Shown here: one piece after another, positions 28,084 through 39,773 of the stretch
Numbering within the stretch: the stretch's first letter is position 1
Layout: every line of letters begins with the position of its first letter
Source: Eledone cirrhosa
Lineage: Eukaryota
Assembly (NCBI GenBank): GCA_964016885.1
Contig: OZ024760.1
Location: 2,232,001-2,296,000 of the forward strand
Length of the DNA stretch: 64,000 nt
Direction: 5' to 3'
Position numbers and translations under genes: made by a program
The notes under the pieces: model-generated
The model's database searches: none
What the model was told of the DNA's origin: nothing
The model's input: only the letters and a program-made list of their open reading frames with translations

Positions 28084-28578
28084 ATACTTTGGGAGGGTCA
28101 TGTTGCCAATAAGAAACACACGCACCAGTTGCTTTCACTTCAATTTATTATATATTTATAAATTTATAAATTTACAAATCTACAAACTTATAAATTTCTG
28201 GTTGGTTGGTTGGTTCCACAACCAGATAGTTGTTTATATATAGTCATAGTCCTTTCGTCACACACTCTGTGACCTCTTCAGTGACTGGGGATTCCTTTCT
28301 TTGTTTCTGTGCCTTTCCTTTCTTCTATCCTACGCCATTTTGTTTCTGTGTGTGTGTTGTGTGCTCAGTTTGCGCATGCGCCACATCCGGGTGTCTGTGT
28401 GTGTTTGTGTTCATTTATCTATTTGTTTATTTATTTATTTATTTATTGTTGGTTGGTTGTTTGTTCTATGTGTGTGTGTGTTTTCATTTTGGCAACATGA
28501 CCCTCCCAAAGTATAACAATATCGGTTTCAACACACGATTTCAGATAAAGAATCTTGCTAAACAAATTCAGAAACGAA

Positions 28579-28609
<31 letters not shown>

Positions 28610-28806
28610 ACTGATACACAGTAACATTTTTTCTGTTGTTTCCACTGTGTAATTTAAATCAAAAGATGATTTATGAGACAAGAAGACTCTCTCAGTGTTG
28701 GTTATTATACTAGCCACATTGGCATTGTTACTAAAACACACCTTATATTGTATACACTGTATGTACTTATCACTATATATGTGTGTGTGTGTGTATATGT
28801 ATGCGC

Positions 28807-28846
<40 letters not shown>

Positions 28847-28856
28847 GCATACATAT

Positions 28857-28891
<35 letters not shown>

Positions 28892-29103
28892 CATTATATA
28901 TATATATACATTATATATATATACATTATATATATATACATTATATATTTGTTCTTATATATTATGTATACTCCAGTCCTACAAACTGTAGAGTGCTTCT
29001 TATCCGATATCTGCATTGCTTTATTGTACTACAATAAAACTCACCTCCTACATATATATATTATATATATATATATATATATACACATTATATATATATA
29101 CAC

Positions 29104-29152
<49 letters not shown>

Positions 29153-29154
<2 letters not shown>

Positions 29155-29353
29155 GTTATTCCGGGTTGAATCGGAGGTAACCACAGTAAGTAAGGTACTC
29201 AATACATAGCAGAGTATAACAGTTTTAATATAGATGAGATTCTACAGGACTAGAACTGTTTCATTCATTAGAAATCATCAGGAATCTCAGAGATTCCTGA
29301 TGATTTCTAATGAATGAAACAGTTCTAGTCCTGTAGAATCTCATCTATATTAA

Positions 29354-29357
<4 letters not shown>
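29153..29357. mobile_element. Fold-back hammerhead element (family B)
   Basis: Near-perfect palindrome 29221-29357. CTGATGA at 29297 and GAAAC at 29316. Flanked by (TA)n. Confidence 0.8.
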
Positions 29358-29412
<55 letters not shown>

Positions 29413-29431
29413 TTTTATATATATATATATC

Positions 29432-30423
29432 GACCAGAAATGGTATTATATCGGATCTACCACCACATCGTTTAAATCTTGCTGGTACCGTCATCGATTC
29501 TCAATCAAACATCCGAATCACCGTTTTGTGACCACGCTCGCCAACAAGACCTGGCAACTCCGTGAACACAACCAACAGTTCACCTTAAAATGGGATATAC
29601 TTTCCAGCGCAAGTGCATATCGGAGTGGATTGAAGTACTGCAGGTTATGTAACCTTGAGCTATTTTACATATTAAAATCCCAAAACAAACTACTTAACGA
29701 TAGAATTGAACGATCATTATACTGCAACCACAAACTAAGAGCTAAATTCTCTCACTATAAAATAACTTAACATTCGAACCCGTAACTATAACACCACTCT
29801 CTAGCTAACAACCTTCTCTTCCCCCCACACTACAAGACAATACACTGCTTATCACTATACATGGTAACTCAGTACAATTCCTAGATTACTACTACAAAAC
29901 CAAAAGTTCACTCACCACACATACTTTATCTGTCCCCTCTCTACCTATATCTCTCTCTACATCCATTACACTCTCTCTCTCTCACCTTTGACCTACCTCC
30001 CTCTCAACATCTATGAACCTGCCCTCTGGGGCAATAAATAATTCCGACCTTAACTATCAACGCATCTCTCCAAAATAACCAGTATAATAAAACCCCTACC
30101 ATAACATTTTGATTAAGATATCTACAAGCCACTCTCTCCTACTTCTCCAACCCCTGCATATCTTTCCTTCTCTCTCCCTCTTCCCTACTTTTCTCTCTTC
30201 CTGTTCCACTCTATCTTCCCCAACAACCCCACTTAAGGGTTTTTACATTGTACATTTACCATTCTGCTCTGAGGAAACAGTGGTCACAACATTAGATATT
30301 CGAGTTCTGCAAGTACTTGTGAATTTGCACGTAGCGGAACTAGGCTGCAGTACCACCGTGGAAACACTTGTAAGCACACGGAATAAATTACCTTTTTATG
30401 ATGTCTACCTGTTATTATTAATT

Positions 30424-30425
<2 letters not shown>
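29432..30425 (+). mobile_element. 5'-truncated Penelope-like element: GIY-YIG endonuclease C-terminus plus 3' UTR with hammerhead
   Basis: Frame 29432-29770 reads DQKWYYIGSTTTSFKSCWYRHRFS...WDILSSASAY...CRLCNLE...LLNDRIE...CNHK. Flanked by (TA)n on both sides. Confidence 0.88.
30265..30376 (+). ncRNA. Type I hammerhead ribozyme motif with a long stem II (Penelope 3' UTR)
   Basis: tgct-CTGAGGA-(about 85-nt stem II, gtggt...accac)-GAAAC-actt-GTA^agca. Confidence 0.7.
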
Positions 30426-30465
<40 letters not shown>

Positions 30466-30471
<6 letters not shown>

Positions 30472-30812
30472 ATATTAAATAAATGTAAACTATATTTATA
30501 AAACCATATTTATTTTATTATATATATTTCAAGGGTACCAAGACACATTGGTACGCTTTCCTCAGATAAAATACAAAGTTTGTTTTATAAATAAAGACAT
30601 ACCCATGAAAATCATACCTTATCTGTTGGATATTCACTGGATACCCTTGGTACCCTTGAAATATATATAATAAAATAAATATGGTTTTATAAATATAGTT
30701 TCCATTTATTTAATATCATTGAACATTTACTCCACTAACTTGTTGAGTGCTCTAAATCAGTTATAAACATTTATATTTGTCGGACTTCCAACAAATTAAA
30801 TACCCTTTCTAC
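30466..30812. mobile_element. Fold-back hammerhead element (family A)
   Basis: Minus-strand CTGAGGA...GAAATATATATAATAAAA at about 30512-30570, with an inverted partial arm at 30648-30722. Confidence 0.72.
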
Positions 30813-31069
30813 TTATATATATATACAGTCCACGCTGTAATGTGGCCGTGTAGGTAACACGGTAAAAACCTCCCAGTTCCACACTGTAAACGTGGTTGGT
30901 GTTAGGAAGGGCATCCAGCCGTAGAAAACCCGCCAGACAGTCCTATGCGAGCAAGACAAACACTCTTGTCTCAAGTGGGAAAACTCCCGTCCAAACCCAT
31001 GCAAGCGTGGAATATGGACGTTAAACGATGATGATGATGATGATGATGATATATATATAACAAAGAGGG

Positions 31070-31256
31070 AGTGGTAAGATACCAGGTGGACCATAACGCA
31101 CCAGAGTACTCAATATTTAGGGTAGTGGAGTGGGTAATAGGAAAAGAGCCAGGACCCCGACGGCTGAGCTCCGGCCATTTCAACAGCTAGATCCGAACTG
31201 TTCGGATCTAGCTGTTGAAATGGCCGGAGCTCAACCGTCTGGGTCCTGGCTCTTTT

Positions 31257-31260
<4 letters not shown>
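31070..31260. mobile_element. Fold-back element (family E)
   Basis: Hairpin 31138-31260 centred on gatccgaactgttcggatc, followed by (TA)n. Confidence 0.7.
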
Positions 31261-31312
<52 letters not shown>

Positions 31313-31574
31313 ATCAAAATACTTGAGTGTGTTAGAGTTAAACACACTCGTCGTATTAGAGAAATGACAGTATAGGATATAGCTCAATGTAATACAACAG
31401 AGCTGAAAAATTATAAAAAATAAACAAAGACGCCTTCAATACTACATTATTCAGGTTATCAATAATGTAGTGATAATATATCGTTACATAGGTATTCCGT
31501 CTGTTACAGAAACATATGTCAATACCTAATAAATTCCTTTTTTAAAAAAAGCACTTTCATTTTATATTCATCTT

Positions 31575-31618
<44 letters not shown>

Positions 31619-31765
31619 TTAGATAGATAGTTACATATGGGCTGTATGTATATCAATAACTATGTATACATAGTATACTGGTAACTATATATATGAACAC
31701 AGAATGTATGAAATAGAGATCCACTTCTAAATCCACATTACATAGAAAAAAACACAGGAACTCAC

Positions 31766-31897
31766 CTCATTATAATAAGGACAGTTAGTTGATTCTTTCA
31801 CACTCGTGTATCTTTTCTGGTCGCCAACTGTCACACAAATTACAGGGTCCATGTTCAATCCTGCTAATTGTCTAGCTTCGATGATGGTCACACATAC
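31766..31897 (-). CDS. OTOF: Otoferlin C2B exon, 132 bp, phase 0 to 0
   Basis: tctcaag|GTATGTGTG...AATGAG|gtgagt. Encodes [44 protein letters not shown], very close to otoferlin C2B (IEARQLVGLNMDPVVCV...[11 protein letters not shown]). Confidence 0.96.
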
Positions 31898-31993
31898 CTT
31901 GAGAAAATATTGAATATGATAAAAGATAAATATCAACATTGAGATTGGAAATAATTGGCTTTTGGTGACATGATGTTTAGACAGAATAAAGAA

Positions 31994-32049
<56 letters not shown>

Positions 32050-32648
32050 ACACACACACACACACATATATATGTGAAGGCACATGGCTGAGTGGTTAGA
32101 AAATTGGATGTGCAATCATGTGGTTGTGAGTTCAATTCCCGGATCGGGTGATGCGTTATGTCCTTGAGCAAGACACTTTATTTCACATTGCTCCTTCTGC
32201 CTGGATTTGCAACCAATAGACAGTATTAGCAATTGGAAAGATCAATGGAAACATTGTTTCCTCAGTCCGATTTGAAGAAAGTTGATTGACTGTCAATATA
32301 TACTTATATCCACGGCGGTGGATTGGCAGTATCGGTAGAGGGTCGGACGCCATGCTTTCCAGCATAGTTACGTCCCTTTACGATCTGAGTTCAAATCCCG
32401 CCGAGGTTGACTTTGCCTTTCATCCTTACGGGGTCGATAAAATAAAGTACCAGTAACGAACTGGGTAATTTGCTGGCCTTGTGCCTAAAGTAGAAACAAA
32501 TATATACTTATATATATAACATTGTTGATTGACTGTCAATATATACTTATATATATAACATCATCATTACCATTTTACATCCATTTTTCACACACACACA
32601 AAATTAACTTGAACATTGAGTTTTCAGATGCAAGTCTATTAGAATTCA

Positions 32649-32850
32649 TAGGAAAATGGGCAACTCGGTGTCAGGAAGCTGCTAAAACAGCAAAATGCCA
32701 TTGAAGTGGTGTTGGGTAAAACATTACTTCAAAGGATACAAATCAGCAGCTGATTTCTATCCTTTGAAGTAATGTTTTACCTAACGCCATCAATGACGCC
32801 AATTTGCTGTTTGCACAGCTTCCTTACACTGGGTTTTCCCATATTCCTAC
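32649..32850. mobile_element. About 200-bp fold-back MITE-like element
   Basis: Inverted repeat along its whole length, centred on aaatcagcagctgattt. Confidence 0.65.
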
Positions 32851-32853
32851 GAA

Positions 32854-32885
<32 letters not shown>

Positions 32886-33204
32886 GGTTACAGCTCACAC
32901 CTATGCAGGTTTAGCTGGCCTCCTCCAATTGGAGGTGTCTTGGGGGATTTAATGATAGGGACCCCAGTCCCTATCATCTCATTTCTACAGCTGAGTAAAC
33001 TGGAGCAGCATGAAATAAAGTGTCTTGCTCAAGGAAACAACACATCACCCAGTTCGAGAATTGAACTCACAACCTTTTGATTGCAAGCCCAATGCTCTAA
33101 CCACTAAGCCATGCGCCTTCATACACGCACACACACATATATATATATATATATACTGTATATATATATATACTATATAAATATATATATATATTATATA
33201 TATA

Positions 33205-33660
<456 letters not shown>

Positions 33661-34174
33661 TAAAACACAATGGTCCAGCAAACCGAAGATGTGGGTTCAT
33701 GTCCCATGTACCTCAATACTTTTACAATTTTTTCTATTCAGAGGGTTTTTTAACATCCCGACTAACAGAGTAATTCTATTTAGTCAAATACGGCGTAAGC
33801 ACATGTTATTAACTAATTTTCAAATTCTCTAGCTGTTTGTAAACAAAGCTTCCTTTGTGTCTCCATAAATATATATATATATATATATATAAATCAGGAT
33901 GGAATCAGTTTGGAACTGGTTAGACCATTACTCAACAGAGTACTCAATACTTGATAGAGTATGGATATATTATAAAGAAGTGGGACCCGACAGCTGAGCT
34001 TTTGCCATTTCAACAGCTATGAACATTTTAAGCTGTCATCAAGTCATGTCTATCTCAATAGCTGATGATGGATAAAATCCAGAAACATATATCTTACATT
34101 CAATCAACCAGTGTTACAATTAATTCTTCCTCTCCTCGCCCCAACTTTTCCGGAAAAAATAACGAGATGCTTAC

Positions 34175-34229
34175 TTGAAAGTCTTGAGCTCGTAATGATG
34201 CATGTTCCATGTGATGATCTACCTTTGGT
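34175..34229 (-). CDS. OTOF: Otoferlin exon preceding C2B, 55 bp, phase 2 to 0
   Basis: ttgcag|ACCAAAG...GACTTTCAA|gtaagc. Encodes PKVDHHMEHASLRAQDFQ, ending in the ferlin (Q/M)D(F/Y)Q motif that precedes C2B. Confidence 0.88.
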
Positions 34230-34314
34230 CTGCAATAGAACAACGAGAACAAGGACAGAAGAGAAATTAATTACTTTCATTGCATTAACCATCAATGAAG
34301 AATTATGTGGTTAA

Positions 34315-34870
34315 CCCTTTAGCATTTACATTACTCTATATTTACTATTGTATTTTTATGTATAGTTATCTCACAGAATATCAAATCTATGAGATCTTGG
34401 TATTATTTATTTTGAGATCAATACCTTAATATCAGCATGAGTGGCCAGTTATGGCCAGTTTGAACAGAAAGAGGTGAGAGAATTCTGGCCAGACACGGCC
34501 AGATTAATGAAGACCATGGTAGTGATAATTATGGTAATGATGGTTCTGGTGGTCATGATACATGTTGATTTAGCAGTAAATATCTAAAATCCCAGGTCTT
34601 GATAAAACCCTTTTGATACCAACCTGCCCAAAACCACCCATTTTAAAGGGTTTTCTATTTAACCCTTTACCATTCATATTACTCTATATTTACTATTGTA
34701 TTTTCACAGTTAAGGATTTATCTCACATAATACCGAATCTATGAGATTTTGATATTATTTATTTTAAGAACCTAACCTTAACATCAGTATGAGCAACCAG
34801 TTATGGCCGGTCTGAACAGAAAGAGGTGAAAGAATTCTGGTCAGATATGGCTGCTTTAAATGCTAAAGGG
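34315..34870. mobile_element. Composite piggyBac-like MITE
   Basis: Same TIRs and TTAA flanks, with two modules. A near-duplicate lies at about 27320-27743. Confidence 0.82.
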
Positions 34871-34937
34871 TTAAATATTAAATGATGATGATGATGATGA
34901 TGATGATAGTACAAACTAATTAAAATTTCGTAACAAC

Positions 34938-35079
34938 CTAAGCATTTTAGTCGGTGTCATAATCGCTGATCCAGTACTTTCACTGCGTTGATCATCTTCT
35001 GTACAAGTTGAATCTGTGCCAAAGGCTGATAATATTGAAGATGCAATTTTAGCACTTTTGCCTTCAACAGACAGAACTT
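34938..35079 (-). CDS. OTOF: Otoferlin linker exon, 142 bp, phase 1 to 2
   Basis: tttttcag|AAGTTCTG...ATGCTTAG|gttgtt. Encodes VLSVEGKSAKIASSILSAFGTDSTCTEDDQRSESTGSAIMTPTKMLR. Phase-consistent, but the donor is weak. Confidence 0.72.
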
Positions 35080-35142
35080 CTGAAAAACACACAAAGAAAA
35101 TAACAGATATTAATCATTTTGACATCAATCAAACTGTCTTAA

Positions 35143-35610
35143 CTCTTTAGCATTTACATTACTCTATATTTACTATTGTATTTTCACTGTAAACACTTTA
35201 TCTCACTTAATTATCTCCCATAATATTGAATCTATGAGATTATAATATAATTTATTTTGCGAACAATACCTTAACATCATGGCAAACGCTTTACCTCACA
35301 TAATATCAAATCTATGAGATTTTTATAGTATTTATTTTGAGAACAATACCTTAATATCAGTATGAATGGTCGATTACGGCCTGGTTAACCCTTTAGAATT
35401 TAAATTACTTTATATTTACTATTGTATTTTGGTGATACACACTTGACCTCACATAATTGTCTCACATAAGTATCAAATATATGAGATTTTGTTATTATTT
35501 ATTTTGAGAACAATACTTTAACATCAGTAATAATGGCTGGTTACAGCAAGTTTGAACAGAAAGAGGTGGGAGAATTCTGGCCGGATACAGCCGATTTAAA
35601 GGCCAAAGGG
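35143..35610. mobile_element. Concatenated piggyBac-like MITE
   Basis: Repeated left ends joined at TTAA; terminal AAAGGG|TTAA. Confidence 0.78.
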
Positions 35611-36104
35611 TTAAACTATCTTCCACCCAGTGCTGGACTTAGCTATAAGCTAAATAAGCTTTAGGACCACTTTAGTTTAATTATTTAAATTTTTTACCTG
35701 ATTTTCCACTCTTCCTCAAACTCTGGATTCTATGTTAGAAAACTCCTTTTTTATATCTAGTTGGTGGCATCTGGCCTCCTCAACTAGCTATAGCTCCTTG
35801 TCTGTAAGGGTTGTATCATTCTAGTTACCAATTGTCAATGTTTGCTCCTTCTGGAGTTTCAGAATATGTAACCATTATGTTAATATCAGTATGAGCAACT
35901 GGTTATGGCCGGTTTGAACAGAAAGAGGTGAGATAATTCTGGCGAGATATGGCTGGTTTAAATGCTAAGGGGTTAAAGCACCCCTAATATAGATGTCAAT
36001 AATTTGGGGTTCTATTACTAAGGTACTTTCAAACTGGGACTAAAATCTTAACCACCCCTAACCATTCATCCATACAACACATCTTCATCCATACCACAAC
36101 TTAC

Positions 36105-36193
36105 CTGCTTCAGCTTCCCCCAGTATTTGCTTGTTACTGTCTTCTGGTTTCTGTTTCATCACATTCTTGACCAATGAACTAAACTTTGCAGCC
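36105..36193 (-). CDS. OTOF: Otoferlin linker exon, 89 bp, phase 2 to 1
   Basis: gactccag|GGCTGCAAAG...GAAGCAG|gtaagt. Encodes AAKFSSLVKNVMKQKPEDSNKQILGEAEA. Phases join both neighbouring exons. Confidence 0.75.
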
Positions 36194-36225
36194 CTGGAGT
36201 CATAAGAAAAATAAGAAACATAATA

Positions 36226-36274
<49 letters not shown>

Positions 36275-36789
36275 TTTCTACTTTGGGCACAAGGCCAGCA
36301 ATTTGGGGACAGGGGAAAGTCGATTACATTGACCTCAGTACATTACTGGTGCTTTATGAGGACCAAATTTCATTCACAAGGCATTGATCATCCCAAGGCC
36401 ACAGTAGAAGAGGATTGATCCTAAACCACATAGTTCCAAAGCAAACATCTTAACCACACAGCCATACCTGCACCTCTATACAAACTAGTTATTTCTTATA
36501 CATATTTTTTCTTTATTAAATTACTTCATAATCTTATCAATTATTCATTAATTCCTTAATTTAAAACCAGATGTCACTTCTATATCTTAGGTCTGCTTAA
36601 GTAAAGCTAAGTGGGAATAAGCTGAGCTAATCTTTTTTTGAAATCCTCGCCCAAGAAACCTAAAGCTAGGGTTTATTGTTTTCAATAAATGCAGTTTCTC
36701 TAGAGTTAATCAGATAACAGGTGATTCTTCAGCTCCACATCATTGCAAAACACTCTATTATTTGAGATTTCAATATTAGTTTATTTAAC

Positions 36790-38856
36790 AAATGTCAATG
36801 TGCGTGAATGACCAAGCATAGACGAGTTGAGAAAGAAACTGGGTATAAGAGGGATAAGTTGTGGTGTGCAGGAGAGAAGGCTGAGATGGTATGGACATGT
36901 GGTGTGCAGGAGAGAAGGCTGAGATGGTATGGACATGTGGTGTGCAGGAGAGAAGGCTGAGATGGTATGGACATGTGGTGTGCAGGAGAGAAGGCTGAGA
37001 TGGTATGGACATGTGGTATGCAGGAGAGAAGGCTGAGATGGTATGGACATGTGGTGTGCAGGAGAGAAGGCTGAGATGGTATGGACATGTGGTATGCAGG
37101 AGAGAAGGCTGAGATGGTATGGACATGTGGTGTGCAGGAGAGAAGGCTGAGATGGTATGGACATGTGGTGTGCAGGAGAGAAGGCTGAGATGGTATGGAC
37201 ATGTGGTGTGCAGGAGAGAAGGCTGAGATGGTATGGACATGTGGTGTGCAGGAGAGAAGGCTGAGATGGTATGGACATGTGGTGTGCAGGAGAGAAGGCT
37301 GAGATGGTATGGACATGTGGTGTGCAGGAGAGAAGGCTGAGATGGTATGGACATGTGGTGTGCAGGAGAGAAGGCTGAGATGGTATGGACATGTGGTGTG
37401 CAGGAGAGAAGGCTGAGATGGTATGGACATGTGGTGTGCAGGAGAGAAGGCTGAGATGGTATGGACATGTGGTGTGCAGGAGAGAAGGCTGAGATGGTAT
37501 GGACATGTGGTGTGCAGGAGAGAAGGCTGAGATGGTATGGACATGTGGTGTGCAGGAGAGAAGGCTGAGATGGTATGGACATGTGGTGTGCAGGAGAGAA
37601 GGCTGGGATGGTATGGACATGTGGTGTGCAGGAGAGAAGGCTGAGATGGTATGGACATGTGGTGTGCAGGAGAGAAGGCTGAGATGGTATGGACATGTGG
37701 TGTGCAGGAGAGAAGGCTGAGATGGTATGGACATGTGATGTGCAGGAGAGAAGGCTGAGATGGTATGGACATGTGGTGTGCAGGAGAGAAGGCTGAGATG
37801 GTATGGACATGTGGTGTGCAGGAGAGAAGGCTGAGATGGTATGGACATGTGGTGTGCAGGAGAGAAGGCTGAGATGGTATGGACATGTGGTGTGCAGGAG
37901 AGAAGGCTGAGATGGTATGGACATGTGGTGTGCAGGAGAGAAGGCTGAGATGGTATGGACATGTGGTGTGCAGGAGAGAAGGCTGAGATGGTATGGACAT
38001 GTGGTGTGCAGGAGAGAAGGCTGAGATGGTATGGACATGTGGTGTGCAGGAGAGAAGGCTGAGATGGTATGGACATGTGGTGTGCAGGAGAGAAGGCTGA
38101 GATGGTATGGACATGTGGTGTGCAGGAGAGAAGGCTGAGATGGTATGGACATGTGGTGTGCAGGAGAGAAGGCTGAGATGGTATGGACATGTGGTGTGCA
38201 GGAGAGAAGGCTGAGATGGTATGGACATGTGGTGTGCAGGAGAGAAGGCTGAGATGGTATGGACATGTGGTGTGCAGGAGAGAAGGCTGAGATGGTATGG
38301 ACATGTGGTGTGCAGGAGAGAAGGCTGAGATGGTATGGACATGTGGTGTGCAGGAGAGAAGGCTGAGATGGTATGGACATGTGGTGTGCAGGAGAGAAGG
38401 CTGAGATGGTATGGACATGTGGTGTGCAGGAGAGAAGGCTGAGATGGTATGGACATGTGGTGTGCAGGAGAGAAGGCTGAGATGGTATGGACATGTGGTG
38501 TGCAGGAGAGAAGGCTGAGATGGTATGGACATGTGGTGTGCAGGAGAGAAGGCTGAGATGGTATGGACATGTGGTGTGCAGGAGAGAAGGCTGAGATGGT
38601 ATGGACATGTGGTGTGCAGGAGAGAAGGCTGAGATGCTATGGACATGTGGTGTGCAGGAGAGAAGGCTGAGATGGTATGGACATGTGGTGTGCAGGAGAG
38701 AAGGCTGAGATGCTATGGACATGTGGTGTGCAGGAGAGAAGGCTGAGATGGTATGGACATGTGGTGTGCAGGAGAGAAGGCTGAGATGGTATGGACATGT
38801 GGTGTGCAGGAGAGAAGGCTGAGATGGTATGGACATGTGGTGTGCATGGAGGATGC
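36790..38856 (+). repeat. RTE LINE fragment containing a 38-bp tandem array (52 units, 36860-38846)
   Basis: Unit tgtggtgtgcaggagagaaggctgagatggtatggaca reads GVQERRLRWYGH. Left flank IDELRKKLGIRGIS, right flank VVCMED. Confidence 0.93.
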
Positions 38857-38934
38857 TTCCGAAGCCACAGGCTTTTTTTCAGAGTTTCCCTTTCCTAGAA
38901 AGGTGTTGTGACAACAACTGGGGGCCTTTCACTC

Positions 38935-39474
38935 ACCTACATACATACATACACACATTACATACATACATACACACATTACATACATACATACACACAT
39001 TACATACATACATACACACATACATACATCATATACATACATAAATGCATATACACATACATACATACACATGCATACATACATAGATACATATATAACA
39101 TATATTATATATATACATACACACACACACATACACACAGACACATCCATCCATTCATACAGACACACATACACTCCAACATACATATATACATACATAT
39201 ACACCAACATACATTCATATACACACAAATCCATCCATCCATACCAACATACATACATATATACACCCATCCATACAGACATACATACACACACACACAC
39301 ATGTATGTACATAGATACATACAGACATACATATACACAGAAACACATATATACATAGATACATACAGACATACATATACACACACAAACACATATCTAC
39401 ACCCATCGATACAGACATGCATATACACACACACACACACACATATATACATATATACATACATACATACATAT

Positions 39475-39527
<53 letters not shown>

Positions 39528-39590
39528 TACACCCATCCATACATACATACATATACACACACAGACACAGATATACACCCATCCATACAG

Positions 39591-39641
<51 letters not shown>

Positions 39642-39720
39642 CATATATACACCCATTCATACAGATATACATATACACACACAGACACATTTATACATAG
39701 ATACATACAGACATACATAT

Positions 39721-39773
<53 letters not shown>

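Noticed and set aside
31940-31990. Possible exon MSPKANYFQ before C2B
   Set aside because: No in-phase GT donor. The 55-bp exon at 34175-34229 fits both motif and phase.
36781-38836. Three long minus-strand ORFs (591-683 aa) and a CRISPR-like periodicity
   Set aside because: These are read-through of a stop-free 38-bp tandem repeat. There are no unique spacers and no cas genes, and the context is eukaryotic.
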